Positions 39,552 to 53,789 of a DNA stretch of 64,000 nucleotides are shown one piece after another. Source of the stretch: Chrysomallon squamiferum (Eukaryota > Animalia > Mollusca); NCBI GenBank assembly GCA_012295275.1, contig CM022666.1, positions 15,190,001 to 15,254,000 on the forward strand, given 5' to 3'. A program made the translations under genes and the position numbers. Each line of letters opens with the position of its first letter. Position 1 is the first letter of the stretch. The notes under the pieces were generated by a model, which saw nothing but the letters and a program-made list of their open reading frames with translations, had not been told where the DNA came from and ran no database searches.

Positions 39552-42500
39552 ATGTATTTATCTGTGAGCATGCCTCTGACATGTACATGTGTGATATTTG
39601 CTGTGAAGAGTAAAAGTTTACTTTGTCATGATGCACTGTTCTAGAGGTGGTATCTTCTGACTCTCACTGCGACAGAACAAACTCGTCTTTGGTCTCACTC
39701 GGGTAAAACGAGTGTCTGAAAATAACAATTAAACCTTTACAAACTGTGAGACTCTGAATCATTATAAATAAATACTTAAATAAATAAATAAAAATAAATA
39801 AAAATAAATAAATGAATAAATAAATAAAATAATAAATAAATAAATGAATAAATAAATAAATAAATAAACAAGGACACTAGAACCAATGTGTTTGTTTCAC
39901 TAAAACAATTATAAAGTAAACTAAAATATAATTTAACATTATCAGAATATTCTAACTGTGTGAAAGTATGTGAAAAGTGCTGCATGCTATTTGTCTGGTA
40001 CACATTGCTGGTTCATCCTGACAAGTGAGAACATAAAAAAAAAAAAAAAAGAAAAAAAATAATGTTTTGACCATGTGAATATATCTCACTAAAGTTTATG
40101 GAAAGTTCATTGTTATTATATTATAATTATAAAACTAAAATATGTGAAAAGTATTGTACTGTTATTTACCTATGGTATGTACTGTACTGTTTTTTTTAAC
40201 CTATGGAAAGCACTGTATTGTTATTTATCTATGGTATGTACTGAGTTGTTGTTTACCTATGGTATGTACTGTACTGTTGTTTACCTATAGTAGGCACTGT
40301 ATTGTTATTTACCTATGGAAAGCACTGTATTGTTATTTACCTATGGAAAGCACTGTTGGTTTAGTTTGACTAGAGAGACCTGTGTAGTAGTTGAGCTGAA
40401 AGCGATGCTCCACTCTCCAGTGTCGTACAAGATCAACATTTGTGCTGAACAGCAAACCAAACTGGTTGTTAACTTTCGTCAGCCATATTGGATACTGTGG
40501 TGTTTTCAGCATGCTCCCTACCTGAAATCGAAATGATTTATCTCTAATTTAAAAAAATAAAAATAAAAATAATAAAAATAATGAAAATGAAAAATGGAAA
40601 CAGAAAATAAACATTATTTTTATCATACTGAAATATTTATTTTCACTTTAAAAAAAAAAAAAGAAGAAAATAATTAGTTATTAATTTATTGATATTTGTT
40701 TTCACTGAACAAATGTATAACAATATTTGATAATGAGTAATAATAAAAATGAATGATAGCAAAAGAAGAAGATTATTATTACTTTGAGTATCAGAAACTG
40801 AAATAGCTCTTTGCTAATACAACATGCAAATTCATGTGGACACACATTTACTAATATGATACCCAGAAACAAAGACACATAAACAAACACATAGACACTC
40901 AACATATAGTTTTATTTAGACTGTCATTATATTAACTCAATTTATAATAAACTAGTTAAAGCAGTAGATACTACTTCTATCCAAAATAATTTTTTATTTA
41001 TTTTATTTATTTTTTATTTTTTTTTTTGAAAAGAAGAAAGTGCTGATATCACTAGTATCTAAGGAGGTACAAACACAGCACTGTAGTGTCAGATTTTAAA
41101 ACATTACCTCTGTCCTGTTATCATCTGATTCTGACTTGTCCCAAAAGAGAAAACCAATATTACTTCGGTTTTTTATTCCTGAGACAGGTTTTGACTATAA
41201 TTTAAATAATAAATAAATAAACATTAATAATAATGATGATGACGATGATATTTATAAAAAAAATTCCAGATAACAGAAAATAAATTTGTTACAATTCTTA
41301 CCATTGTTGTTGTTTTTATCATTTACCTACACAACACAAGTTCATTATACAACTAATATAATGTATTCTTAAGTGGAATCTGACCAAACCACTTGAACCT
41401 TTTTAAATTTAAGTTATTTGTGAGATATCAACTGATTGATTAACAGTACTTAATAAATTCTACAAAATAAATAAATAAATTAGCAGGTGCAATAGAACTA
41501 AACCTAAAACAACAACAATAAAACAAAAAACAAAAACTTTTAATATGATAAAATGATAATACCAGAACCACAGTTCTGTTAAGACCATTTTAGATTTTTT
41601 TATATTTCTTTTGTTATTAATACAATACTTTTTTTTTTCAAATTTATTTTTCATTAATATAAAAATTATGTGCAAATGAATATGAAAGATTAATTAATTA
41701 TGATAAATTTTTTAACTTTACCAAGAGGTCGTACACCATGTCTCCATTGTGGAGATGTGCAACTGCCTGGCCAGTTAGAAGTAGATTAATCAACTCCTGT
41801 GTACACTGCTCCATATCTGTCAACAGTTTAAAACTCCCACAGTTTTCATCTACATCCACATCTTGACATATTCTGAAAGTGAGTAATATAGTTTTCATCT
41901 ACATTCAAATCTTGACATATTCTGAAGGTGAGTAATAGTTTTCATCTACATCCACATCTTGACATATTCTGAAAATGAGTAATAGAGTTTTCATCTACAT
42001 TCAAATCTTGACATATTCTGAAAGTGAGTAATAGAGTTTTTATCTACATCTGTATCTTGATATTTTATGAAAACATGTATTAGAGTTTTCATCAACACCT
42101 ATAAATGAACAATAGTTTTTTCATCTACATCATTATATTGATACATTCTGAAAGTGAACATTACAGTTTTCATCTAAATTCGTATCATGGTATATTCTGA
42201 AAATGATTAAGTATGTATCTACTTCAATATTTTCATACATTCTGAAAATAACATTAGAGTTTTCATCTGTGTGCATATCTATAAAGGAAATGTTTATTTT
42301 TTCTCAACTGGACTCTGACATCATCACCTACTTTGCAGACACACTGATGGCTGTCTTTGTTCTGATATTTACAGAAGAAAGTTTAGAGCAAACTGGTCCA
42401 ATCAGTATGACACATCACAACAACAGATTAAATCAGACAGGAGAGCTAAAACCAAATAAAAATGTAACACAGACTAGGTTAAACTGTTTCTACATTATGA

Positions 42501-42616
42501 AATACTTACTTGGAAATTGTGCGAGAAAGAACTATGCTGTAGAGAAACAAAATACAACCACAACTATTTTCTGACTGAAACTGAAAAAAAAAAAATATAA
42601 TAAATAAATAAATAAA

Positions 42617-42700
<84 letters not shown>

Positions 42701-43133
42701 AATAAATAAATAAATAAAAACAAATTTACTAGTTAACTGTGTACAAATACTTTATGAAGGTAAGTTTTATCAGAAAAGGTTAAAAATGCAATATTGCTTA
42801 CTTTTAAATCTCTTTTTTTTTAACCACATTAGCTGAAATAAATTAGTACAAATAATGATTTTTTTTTTTATTCAATGAATCTATTTATAAATTCTGTTAA
42901 AAATTATATATAGAAATAAATAAATATATATACATATATAATTCTTTCATTCAGTATTATTTATTTTTAAATATTCAAAATCAAATACTTAAATAAAGAA
43001 AAATTAAAAATAATTCTCCATACTATTGAGATTTCACACTGTACCAAATGTCAGTGGCTGGGATTAGAACAAGAACTAACCACAGAAATGTCAGAATACT
43101 TCATCTCTTTAACAGACATGCATCAGAAAATCA

Positions 43134-43192
<59 letters not shown>

Positions 43193-43217
43193 GTGTAGAT
43201 AGACAGATAGAGGCAGA

Positions 43218-43258
<41 letters not shown>

Positions 43259-43953
43259 AGATATTATATACTTTTATTCTGAATTTCTAGGATTTCTTAC
43301 TGCTAGTGTAAGTATAAAATATTGTGGTCCAGTGTAATGTTCTTGAACTATAACTGTACAAAGCTTAAATTATTAGAATTTCAGATATACAGCACCTGTT
43401 GATGAAAAATACACACAACCATCCCACTACTTTACCCTTTATTTGAAGGGAAGAAAGAAGAAAAATTAACTTCTGTAAATAATTTTTATCATATCTACTC
43501 TGTGATAAATGATATCTATAAACAATACTTAGTGTCTATGTTAAATAACAACCAAAACAAATAAATACCTGATCAAGATTCCTTTTAATAAAGGTCTTTA
43601 AATCTTCTATACTGGTAAATTCAAATATATGAAGCTGAAAACAAAACAATTAAATAAATTTAAAAAAAAGGAATTAGAAACAAACTCAGTATTAAGTTAG
43701 AAGACAACAAAATCTATTTATTATACATGTATGTACCACCGAATTTACAGTTTAAATATCATTACAGACAAAACAATAAAAACAAATTTAAAAAAATATA
43801 AAAATAAAAAAAAAAAAACACACACACAAACACAAACACATAAATAATAATAATTTTATGATCATATTTTATTACTTCTGCAAAAGATATGGGTTATGTT
43901 GACTGTAGTTCAGCTAAGTATGGGTTACTCTTTTTCAATTAGCAGCACATGAT

Positions 43954-43994
<41 letters not shown>

Positions 43995-46149
43995 CTTTCC
44001 ATAGATATAACAAATATGTTTTTATGGACAGCTATTAATATATATCAGCTCTATGATGCTGTATAATCTCAAAGTTGTGTTCCACTTGTGAATAAGTTAA
44101 TAATATCCTAATAATAGTTATGAATTAATCATCTCTTAAAATTACTCATAACTCCAGATTAGATAAAAATACTTCAGAAAGCTCTCAGATATCAGTTGTC
44201 TTCAAACCAATTACAACTCCAGGGATGACTACAATAATTTTGTGGCCATATGTATTAAAATGTAAATTCTAAACATTAAAAAAAATAAACAAAATGTAAA
44301 TTATAAATATTAAAAAAAAATAAAAAATAAAAAAAATAAAATAAAATTTTTAAAATTAAGAAAAGAAACAATATATAAATTATAAATATTATAAAAACAA
44401 ATTAAAAAATAAATTCAATAAATTAAGAAAAGATTAACCAGTAACTGTCTATCCTCTTTCCCAGCATCATTATAAAATAATTTTTAAAATAATAAGTAAC
44501 AGAAAGGTTAAAAAAAAAAAAAAAAAAAATGGTTAACGTAACATTAAACATTCATTTAGTCATTAAAAAAAAAAAATTAATAATAAATTCCATTTATATT
44601 TTATGACTTCAGCAATATGAAACGTGTGACATTAATTAAATTAAAATTGTAAAAATGAAAACAGTGCAGCATTTAGTTATGTGCAGACCTTTTCAGAAAT
44701 GTGATCATTTCTGTATTGGTAATCGGAACCAAAACATTTCTCATCTTGCAGTAAACATACACGACATCGTTGTCTGTCTCCAGCCTGCCAAAGCATCTCT
44801 GCTACAGCATTCACAAAGGCTCTGCGCCTTTCATATTCAGTGGGCTGGAACACACTGAAATGAAATATGAGAGCTATCAATATGCTTTTTCAATTTAACC
44901 ATTTCTAGTAAATGTTTTTAAAAAAAAACAGAGAGTCTGTAGTTAGATTGAAAAATGTTTTATTTTTTTCTATTTTTTAATGTTTTATTTTCTTACTGTG
45001 GTGTACTGATATTCCTATTTTTTTAAGTTTTACATTATATTTATTTAGTTATTTATTCTCATTTGTTTCATTTTTATTTTTGTTTTTTTATCATTACTTG
45101 CATTTTATTTTATTTTACTTTTTTAAAATTGTTTTTATGTCAGTCAACAGAATTTAATGAAGCATAATTTTCTATTTTTAATGTTTTGACAAGCAGCCAT
45201 GTATTAAATTTAAAAGAAAAATCAATTCCAGTTTTATTAATAGTTTTATATTCTTCATTGCACATACTGAATTAAAAAAAAAAGGCCTTTATTTTAATTT
45301 TTTTTTATATCCTTCGTTGCATAAATCGAAATTAAATAAAAAGGTAATTTCCAATTTTACAAATTTTTTTTTTTTTTTTTTGATCTTTACTAAAAATAAA
45401 TTTACTTTAAAATTTTATACACTCACTCATAATCATGAAACTGAAAACAATAATTTCTTCTTTATTTAAGCTTTTTTGTTCTTAATTTCACTTGCATAAA
45501 TATGTCAAATATAAAAAATCAATAATTTTGTATGTTTCAAGTTTTAATTCTTCACTGACATTAACCATATTCATAGGAAAAATAATTTTTTATTATATAC
45601 TGAACTTTAGAAATATTAATATCAAAATGAAAATAATTAAATTTCTTTCTATTACAAAATAAAACACAACACTAAAATGGCAGTCAGTCTTATATGTTAG
45701 CCTGTCATTGTCAATATTTGTCAACATTTCTGGAGACGCGTTTGTCAACACACACAAACAAATTCATGAAATTCAGTTACATTAAAACTCAGAGTTTTCT
45801 ATTAACATTAGTTTCATTTTATCTGATAAACAGCATTATAAACTGAACATGATTTTTCAATATTATATTAGTCAATTAACTGAAAATTATCTGAGTTTAT
45901 CATGTTTTGATTTAAAAAAAAAATAATACTAGTGCTTTTTTTGCAATAGGTTTTACATAAGGTTTACCAGGATAATACACACTGATTTACTGAAAAGAGG
46001 ACGTCAAAATCTATTTTTTTATTTTTAAAGATAAGAAAAAGGAAGAAAATTGAAGAAAAAGAAAATGAAAAGAAAAATATACTTGACCAAATTATAATCA
46101 AATACCAGAATGTTAAAATGATTATAAAAGTCTGAAATAGTAAACACAC

Positions 46150-46192
<43 letters not shown>

Positions 46193-47241
46193 ACACACAC
46201 ACACACAAATATACATATACTCACTAATATATAGAGGCTCACAGAAATATATTCACATAAACACAAATACATATAGAAACCACAAATATAGACATATACA
46301 CACAAATACACAAACACCCAAATATATACACAATTACAAAAATTATTTAGAAAAACACATATATGCAAATACACATACATACACACAAATATGCACTCAT
46401 GCACAAATATATAAACATACTTACACAAAAATGCCCATACAAACACACTACATATAAATATACATATACACAAAAATATATATACACATACATACAAATA
46501 TACATATACACACACATACACCAACATGTACACAAAGATAACAAATATATACACATAAACAAAATACATATACACACACATGTATGTACACAAATACACA
46601 AATATATACACAAACACACAAATATATACATAAATACACAAAAATACATACACATACACAAATCTATATGCAGATACACAAATATACACATACATTAACA
46701 CATAAATATACATTATATACACAATAAGCCAAATCTAACTAGTTACTCTGAGGAGGTTAACAAAATTAAAAAAAAGGTTGTTTTGTAATTAAACTGTCAG
46801 TGCTGAATGTCATTTGAAACATTTCACTAATCTGACCAGCCTTTGAAATCAAATATGTCAATACTTTTAAAAGCATTTCTGAAAAATGTCATTGATTTAC
46901 ATATATATTTTTATTACTGGGAGATTATGTGTAGCTTTAATCTTGTTTTCGTAATACAGGCTGAAGTTTCCATTCACAGTCAGTTTTTCAATGAAATTAG
47001 AACAACTGCACTTGTTAGAAAATCGGTACTGTTATTGTTATTGTTGTTGTTGTTGTTGTTATTATATTATTATTATTATTATTATTATTGTTATATTATT
47101 ATTATTATTATTATTATATAAACTGTTTCATTCAAAAGATATTGGGATTTTTTTTTTTTTGAAATCAGAACACACACATACACAAAACCTGTGTTTTGTT
47201 CATGTAATTAAAGTATTTTAATTTATAATGTGAAATACTTT

Positions 47242-47280
<39 letters not shown>

Positions 47281-50200
47281 AACCAAAAAGAAACCAGGGC
47301 CACTGAAGTTTATGGAAATAGATTTTATTTTAACAAATAAATAAACACACAACAAATAACATAAACCATAATCTTCAATCATTAAATTTTTTTTTAAATC
47401 TGTTTACTAAATCATAAGACACTACATTTTCATGTATTTATCAGACAGCAAACTGGTTATTACTGTTTTAATTTCACTGCTATTAAAGAACAACTAGTTT
47501 ATCAAAGTTTACAGTAATGATCATGATATGACAGAAATAATTCACTTACTTTTGTGCAAACAGACTTGACTTGTAATCCCTGTCAAAAATAAGATGTTTT
47601 AACAGGTAAGCTTGAACACACAGTACGAGACCTCGAGAACCACACTGGAAAATAACATTAATAAAATTTAGTTTTGTAAATACTGGAATTAAAAACTAGA
47701 CCATGCTGTAACAAGTTACTCTGAGTAACAAGTAACAATGTCAAAGACTGATTTACTAAAACAATATGTAGCTATATATTAATACACTAAAATGTATTTA
47801 CATATTAATATAGTAAAACGAAGCTATATATTAATACAGTAAAATGTAGATATATATTAATACACTAAAATGTATTTACATATTAATATAGTAAAATGAA
47901 GCTATATATTAATATAGTAAAATATAGCTATATAGTAATATAGTAAAATATAGCTATATATTAATATAGTAAAATGTAGCTAAATATTAATAACAAACCT
48001 AGATAAAATTGTATGTCTAAGAATGTATATATGTATACATTATGTATGTATGTATGTGTGTACATATGTATATGTATTATATATGTGTATATATGTATGT
48101 ATATCTATGCATGCATACAAGTATGTGTGTGTGTGTGTGTGTGTGTTTCAAGAATCATATAACAGAATTAAGAAAAATACAAATATTAATTAAAGCAAAT
48201 ATACTCTGTGGCCCAGGATTCCATAAGGAAATTTGCTGTCCAGGTGATGGAAGGACAGACTTGATTTGCGCCAGTCTGTGCTGAAGGAATGGTGACAGGA
48301 CCCATATGTTATCTGACGTAATTTCTGTAAACATCATACATACTCCATAATTAACATTAGTGTTAAGATGAAGAAATAAATTATATTTGTGTCAAGTATC
48401 TTTGAAAACAGTATTAGTAGTAGTGGTGGTGGTGGTAGTAGTAGTAGTAGAAGTAGTAGGAAACTAGTAATATTCTTAGAAATGTGCTTAGTTAAATGAA
48501 CACTCATATACCTAAACAAATACCCACACTCGCTCAAAAGCTTATTTTCACTCATACACATATTGACAAAAATATACATACATAAATATATACATAGATA
48601 TAAAAGGATGTATACTGACCAGTTATATGTATGTAAACACAAATATATACATACACATACATGTACCAACAACAACAAAAAATCACTCATTATAAACTAT
48701 ACACATACATACCCAGCTATCATATGTAAATATACACATGAATAAAAACTTCTGTAAATATATGCTTTGTAAACAAGCTTTCGTAAATATCAATATACAA
48801 ATACATCTATCCATACATATGTATATGTACATATATAAACAAATATGTGGAGACAAATACAAAAAAATCAATGCAATAGACAGATTTACAAGCATAAACA
48901 CACACACAATACATTACTGTAATAAATATATTTACATACACATAAACATACAACAAAGTTATTATTTTACTGATAAAAAAACCCAACAACACACACACAC
49001 AAAAAACCCCCACATATATTACTTAAATTTTGCTGCAGAATTATATTAAATTTATACCTTTTATTCAATTGTTTTTTTTTTTAACACTCTCTGTACTGAT
49101 GTAACTTAATATAACTGCTTTTATTTTGTACATCAATCTTGGAATAAAGGTTTTTCTTTCAAATACAGGAATTGTTTTGCTATCCTTATGTGACAGAAAA
49201 TGTCATAAAAAAAAAATGTAAGTTAAATAAACAGTAATAAAATATGTCAAACAATACCATTGCCAGTTCCAAGGTTATAGGCATTCCACCAACAAAACTT
49301 CGTACATGTTGCAGAGGTCCATGTTCTGAACTTAGCAGTAATCCGTTTGATTCAGGAGTTCCAGTATCTATTACAAAAATTATCAGATTTATATTTAGAT
49401 ATATCCATGAATAGAAATGTGTGTACATGTTTATTATTTGAATGTCCATGTGTTCATTTGTGTGTGTATGTGTGTGTGTGTGTGTGTGAGACTGTGTGCT
49501 TTTGTGTATGTTTTGTTTGAGTATGTGTTGAGTTTTGTGTTTGTGTCTGTCTGTGTGTATATTTGTATGTATTTTTGTGTGCATGTGTGTTTGTGTATTT
49601 GCATGTGGGTTTTTTTGTGTGTGTGAATGTGTGCATGTGTGTGTGTGTATGTCTGTTTGTTTGCATGTGTCAGTCATTCTGTGTTAAAACACATGAAGAT
49701 ATTTTTAAGTTTCCCCATTCCTTCAGACTGTGCTGAAAATTTGCAGTATTGTACATTTTGGGTTGGAAATATGAAATGCCAAATATTTCTTGCATTGGAT
49801 CACTAGTTTAGGAAATTCAATTATTTTCAGTAATCGATGGAAAATGAATTGGTTATCAGTTCCATGTATTAATACATTGAAACAAGCCCAAGATGAGAAA
49901 CAGTACATAAAATAGTGGATATCTAAATTAGATAATATAACAGAAAACATTCCTGCCCAGGTGATATATAGGCTTTTTCTAGATCAGTGGAAAAATAGAC
50001 ACCTAGGAAGTTAAAACTATTACATCACTATTGGTCACTAAAGATATACAAAAGTTTAATAACTACACGACTGACAATTAATTTGTACTATACTAATGGT
50101 TGTTGTTAACTATACTAATGGTTGTTGTATCTATATTTTTAGTTAAAGAAAATTTATAAAATTCACCATTCTCTTTTTTGTAGTGCCTCCATTTCTCTAT

Positions 50201-50785
50201 AGCCACCTGCTCAGGTTTGTTAAAATGATTTGTTGAAGATCTGCATTCATGGTTTCTTTTCTAGAGAAATAAAATGTATTATATACACCAGTCTGATGAG
50301 AAGTATTAATGTGTCGCTAAGATGATACAAATAAATAGTCAAAAAAATGTTTCTTTAATTCCAAATTATTAATTTTATACTTTCTGGATATCCTACATAT
50401 GATAATGATGATGTTTATAGAGAATTCATGTACATAGTATTGCAATATTACAACAATAAGGACAAAATAATTTTGTTTAGCTTTTGAAGAAAATGTATAA
50501 ACAATGGACTCAGCTGCATATATATATATATATATATTTTTTTTTTTACTTTTCAAATGTAATCAGTGAAGTCATGACTTCAGAAACATGACAACATAGT
50601 TATTTTTAAACTGGACACTTTTGTTATAAAAAATTTATATTATTGAAATGTGCATTTAGTTATTAAACTTAATAAAATAATGTTTTACTTACTGGGTCAT
50701 TATTAAAGAAGGTACTGCTTTGTTCCAAGAACTGCAAAAGTTTTTGTAGATTCTGTGATCCAGGGACTGTGGTTGAACCAGCCAT
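39111..50785 (-). CDS. MINDY4B: MINDY4B-like (FAM188B2) probable inactive deubiquitinase, 13 coding exons, about 458 aa
   Basis: Exons: 50693-50785, 50167-50260, 49258-49367, 48205-48324, 47550-47644, 44689-44854, 43569-43634, 42510-42580, 41722-41872, 41108-41194, 40341-40521, 39622-39715, 39111-39159. Total 1377 nt, open, with consistent phases. Motifs: [91 protein letters not shown]. In-frame TAG lies 18 nt upstream of the ATG. Confidence 0.88.
39392..39662. repeat. Direct duplication (about 118 bp) of the 3' half of MINDY4B exon 12 plus its donor, with copies separated by (GT)n
   Basis: 39392-39509 is nearly identical to about 39545-39662 (gagcatgcctctgacatgtacatg...gaggtggtatcttctgact). 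Confidence 0.9.
40155..40357. repeat. 28-bp minisatellite, about 7 copies, overlapping the MINDY4B exon 11 donor
   Basis: Unit approximately tgtattgttatttacctatggaaagcac; donor-like 'ac' ends at 40340, 40312, 40284, 40256, 40200 and 40169. Confidence 0.9.
41841..42268. repeat. 47-49-bp minisatellite, about 9 copies decaying rightward, overlapping the MINDY4B exon 9 acceptor
   Basis: Unit agttttcatctacat(c/t)(ca)(c/a)atcttgacatattctgaaagtgagtaat; copies start at 41841, 41890, 41937, 41986 and 42035, followed by degenerate ones. Confidence 0.9.
46145..46720. repeat. (CA)n plus cryptic CA/TA low-complexity tract
   Basis: Seen directly; it generates the V/C/Y/I-rich ORFs. Confidence 0.85.
47766..47992. 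repeat. 26-bp AT-rich minisatellite, about 8-9 copies, intronic
   Basis: Unit approximately atgtagctatatattaatatagtaaa repeated in tandem. Confidence 0.85.
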
Positions 50786-53754
50786 TTCAGTGGTTTGAAA
50801 CTACACATAAATCTCTGTATCTTCACCTGAATAAATAAATTAATTAATAGTAAAATAAATAAATAAATGAAACAGTTATTTGAATATTCATTCAGTAAAC
50901 ATGTATCTCTTTCAATTTTACCTTAAAAACAAATAAACTAATAAACAAATAAAAAAATAAATAAAACTAGAAATAAAAAAATAAATAACAACTATGCAAA
51001 ATTCAATATATTACTTCATGTTCAGACATAGAAAATGAGTCTTACAACAATTTCTTAACTTTATAATCAATACTAACTGTCCTTGTACTGAATTTTCCTA
51101 ATCTTATGCGTACTGTTAAATTAAATATACAGTATAAGTAAACTACCTTCTAATTATACTTTACATTTACTGATGTCTACAAACAGAATATTCTTAAATA
51201 TACAAGACAAACACATTTTTAATGGGCATAGTTACGTGGCATTTAGGCCAAGTCCACGTAATGTTTGTTGTTCAACATTTTTATTAATATTAATTTCCCT
51301 GAATGGTTTCTGAAGGATGGTTTTATTTTGTTGTTCTTTTTACTTTGTTTTATGGATTTATGGATAATACTTTACAGTGTTATTTGTATGACACTGTTGA
51401 ACTGAAGAAAACATATATATATATATATTAATAAAACCCATCATTTAAAATTGTTATCATTATGTAAGAAACATAATTCATTGTTTGAAGGACACTGTAT
51501 ATTACTACATTTAGTGGCATTGCATCAGGGCAGTGAAGTCAGCTTTCATATACACCAAGGACAAAAAAATAAAACATATTAATGTAAATTTATTTTTACA
51601 AAAACAAAGGCTTAATCAATAATTATTTTTAGAATATTCATCATCTTCAATAACTTCAGATACTGTCTTGTTCAATAAAAAAAGAATATGCATGTCTTCT
51701 TTACTTGATGAAAATTACAATTCACTAGACCTTTTTTTTTTTATGAGATTTGGATTACAGAATAAAACTCCTAACAAATGTGTTGCTGATACAGACATAG
51801 CTGGGTATTAAAGTACTGATAATGTTCATTTATTAATGATGTCATCACAATGACAATGATTCCGGATCAAAGAAGCGTATCACACAATCACATAAAAATA
51901 AATATTGATAAAACAAGATGAATAACCTTTCCCCCAAACAATTTTTGTATTTGATTAAGTATTCAAAACCCCCAGAATACATTTTTATAGATGTATTTTA
52001 TTATTTATAACAAGAATGATTTGGCTAAAATGAACTGCTGAATTCCATCTGATTCCAAGAAGCAATTAAAAATTATATTGGTACTGCTGAAATTTGAAAG
52101 GCTCTGCAGAAAAGTAAGAAAAATAATGATGATAATAATAACTAATGCTGTGATATTGTTTAATTATTCTCTAAAAAGAAATGAAACAATCAAAAAATGA
52201 AACTTCAGTATAGAATTCACTTGCTGTAAAGCAATTTTACTTCTTACATTATCCTTGTTTTATCAAATTCTCTTAATCTATATTTGATTCAGAATATGAA
52301 ATAAAGTGACATAAAAGTATTTTTCCTATCATTAAATACATATAATTTATCTACAATGATACATGTGTATGCCTACAGGATCAATAAATCAATCAAGTGT
52401 AGAGGCACTAAATAAAATGTGACATATTTATGATCGCTGGCGAAACATTAACAAGCTGTTTTATTTTTTTATTGTATTTCAAAATTTCAAAGTATGGTCA
52501 TGGACTGAAAGTCAAGATTTTATATATATTTAGGTTTATACAAAAACCTTGACTTTTTAAAAATATATATACTAATTTGTGTGTGTGTGTGTGTGTGTGT
52601 GGGTGTGGGTGGGTGTGGGTGTATATATATATATATATAAATACACACATAGACACACACACACACAAACATATATACATAAATGTGTATGTAAGGTTAA
52701 GATTTTCATTTTCACATTAACGATACAGAGGAATGGTTATTTGATTTTACTGATCAATTCTCAGTTATTGCTGCCAAGCATTTAATGTTTTAATTATGAT
52801 AATGACGAAAAAAAGAAAAAGAAAGAAAAAAATTAAGAAAAAAAAAAGAGGAAAAAATGAAAAGGAAAAATAAAGAAAGAAAATAAAGAGAAAAAGGGTG
52901 ATTTTTTGTGCTATTTAATGAGTTGAATAAATATAAATAATCTTTAAGTCCTAACAATAAAACAACCCAAATAACTAGTTATAAATAGATTTTGTAGTTT
53001 ACTTTTAGTGTCAATATTCTTTAAGAAATATGCAACACTGTGAAGCATATATTACTATAATAGTGAAATAGCTACATTAAAATTAAAAAAAGGTAATAAA
53101 TTAAAATAGGAAAAACAAAAATAAATAAATAAATAAATAAATAAATAAACAAATAAACAAACAAACAAATAAACAAATAATATAAAAATAAAATAAAATA
53201 AAATAAAATAATAGTAATGGCAATAAGGCATCAAGTCCATTTTACCAATAACATTTTTCTGTTTAAGGATCATTAACTAAAATGGATGAAGATAGTTGTG
53301 GCAATTATAAGTATTAAAATAATAATTAAAATCTGTCAGTTTTTTTTTTTGTCAGTTCTAGTGAGAAACCATCAAGTATGAAGATATAAGTTCTGTGTTG
53401 TACAATTTGTTTTGTTCAAATCAGTAATGTACTATGAAGTCTGTACTGAGATAGGTTTCATTTTTACTTATTAATTACTGGACTGAAATTTCCTAAAGAA
53501 ATAATTGTTGTTTTAATTTATTACTATTAAATTTTCATTGTGAGATTTATCTTTTTGTTAGGTTTATTAATTTTTATTTATTTATTTATTTATTTATTCC
53601 TTGCTACGATCATCAAAATCATCATTGATATTGATAATAATACCATTATTAGTAGTAGTAGTATTACTATTCACCGGAAATGAATCCATTAACTCATTTA
53701 TGCGGTTGTTCATATAACTTCTGCTTTTGTTTTGTTTTTTTGTTGTTTTTTTAG

Positions 53755-53789
<35 letters not shown>

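Noticed and set aside
40155-42268. CRISPR-like appearance of the 28-bp and 48-bp repeats
   Set aside because: Head-to-tail units with no unique spacers, eukaryotic intronic context and no cas genes.
45968-45989. Possible 22-nt MINDY4B exon (tttcag...gtaaac)
   Set aside because: It breaks the frame, and the flanking exons already join in phase with good family similarity.
45964-49677. Long V/C/Y/I- or H/T-rich ORFs, up to 252 aa
   Set aside because: Products of CA/TA low-complexity tracts; the real exons here are short and listed under MINDY4B.
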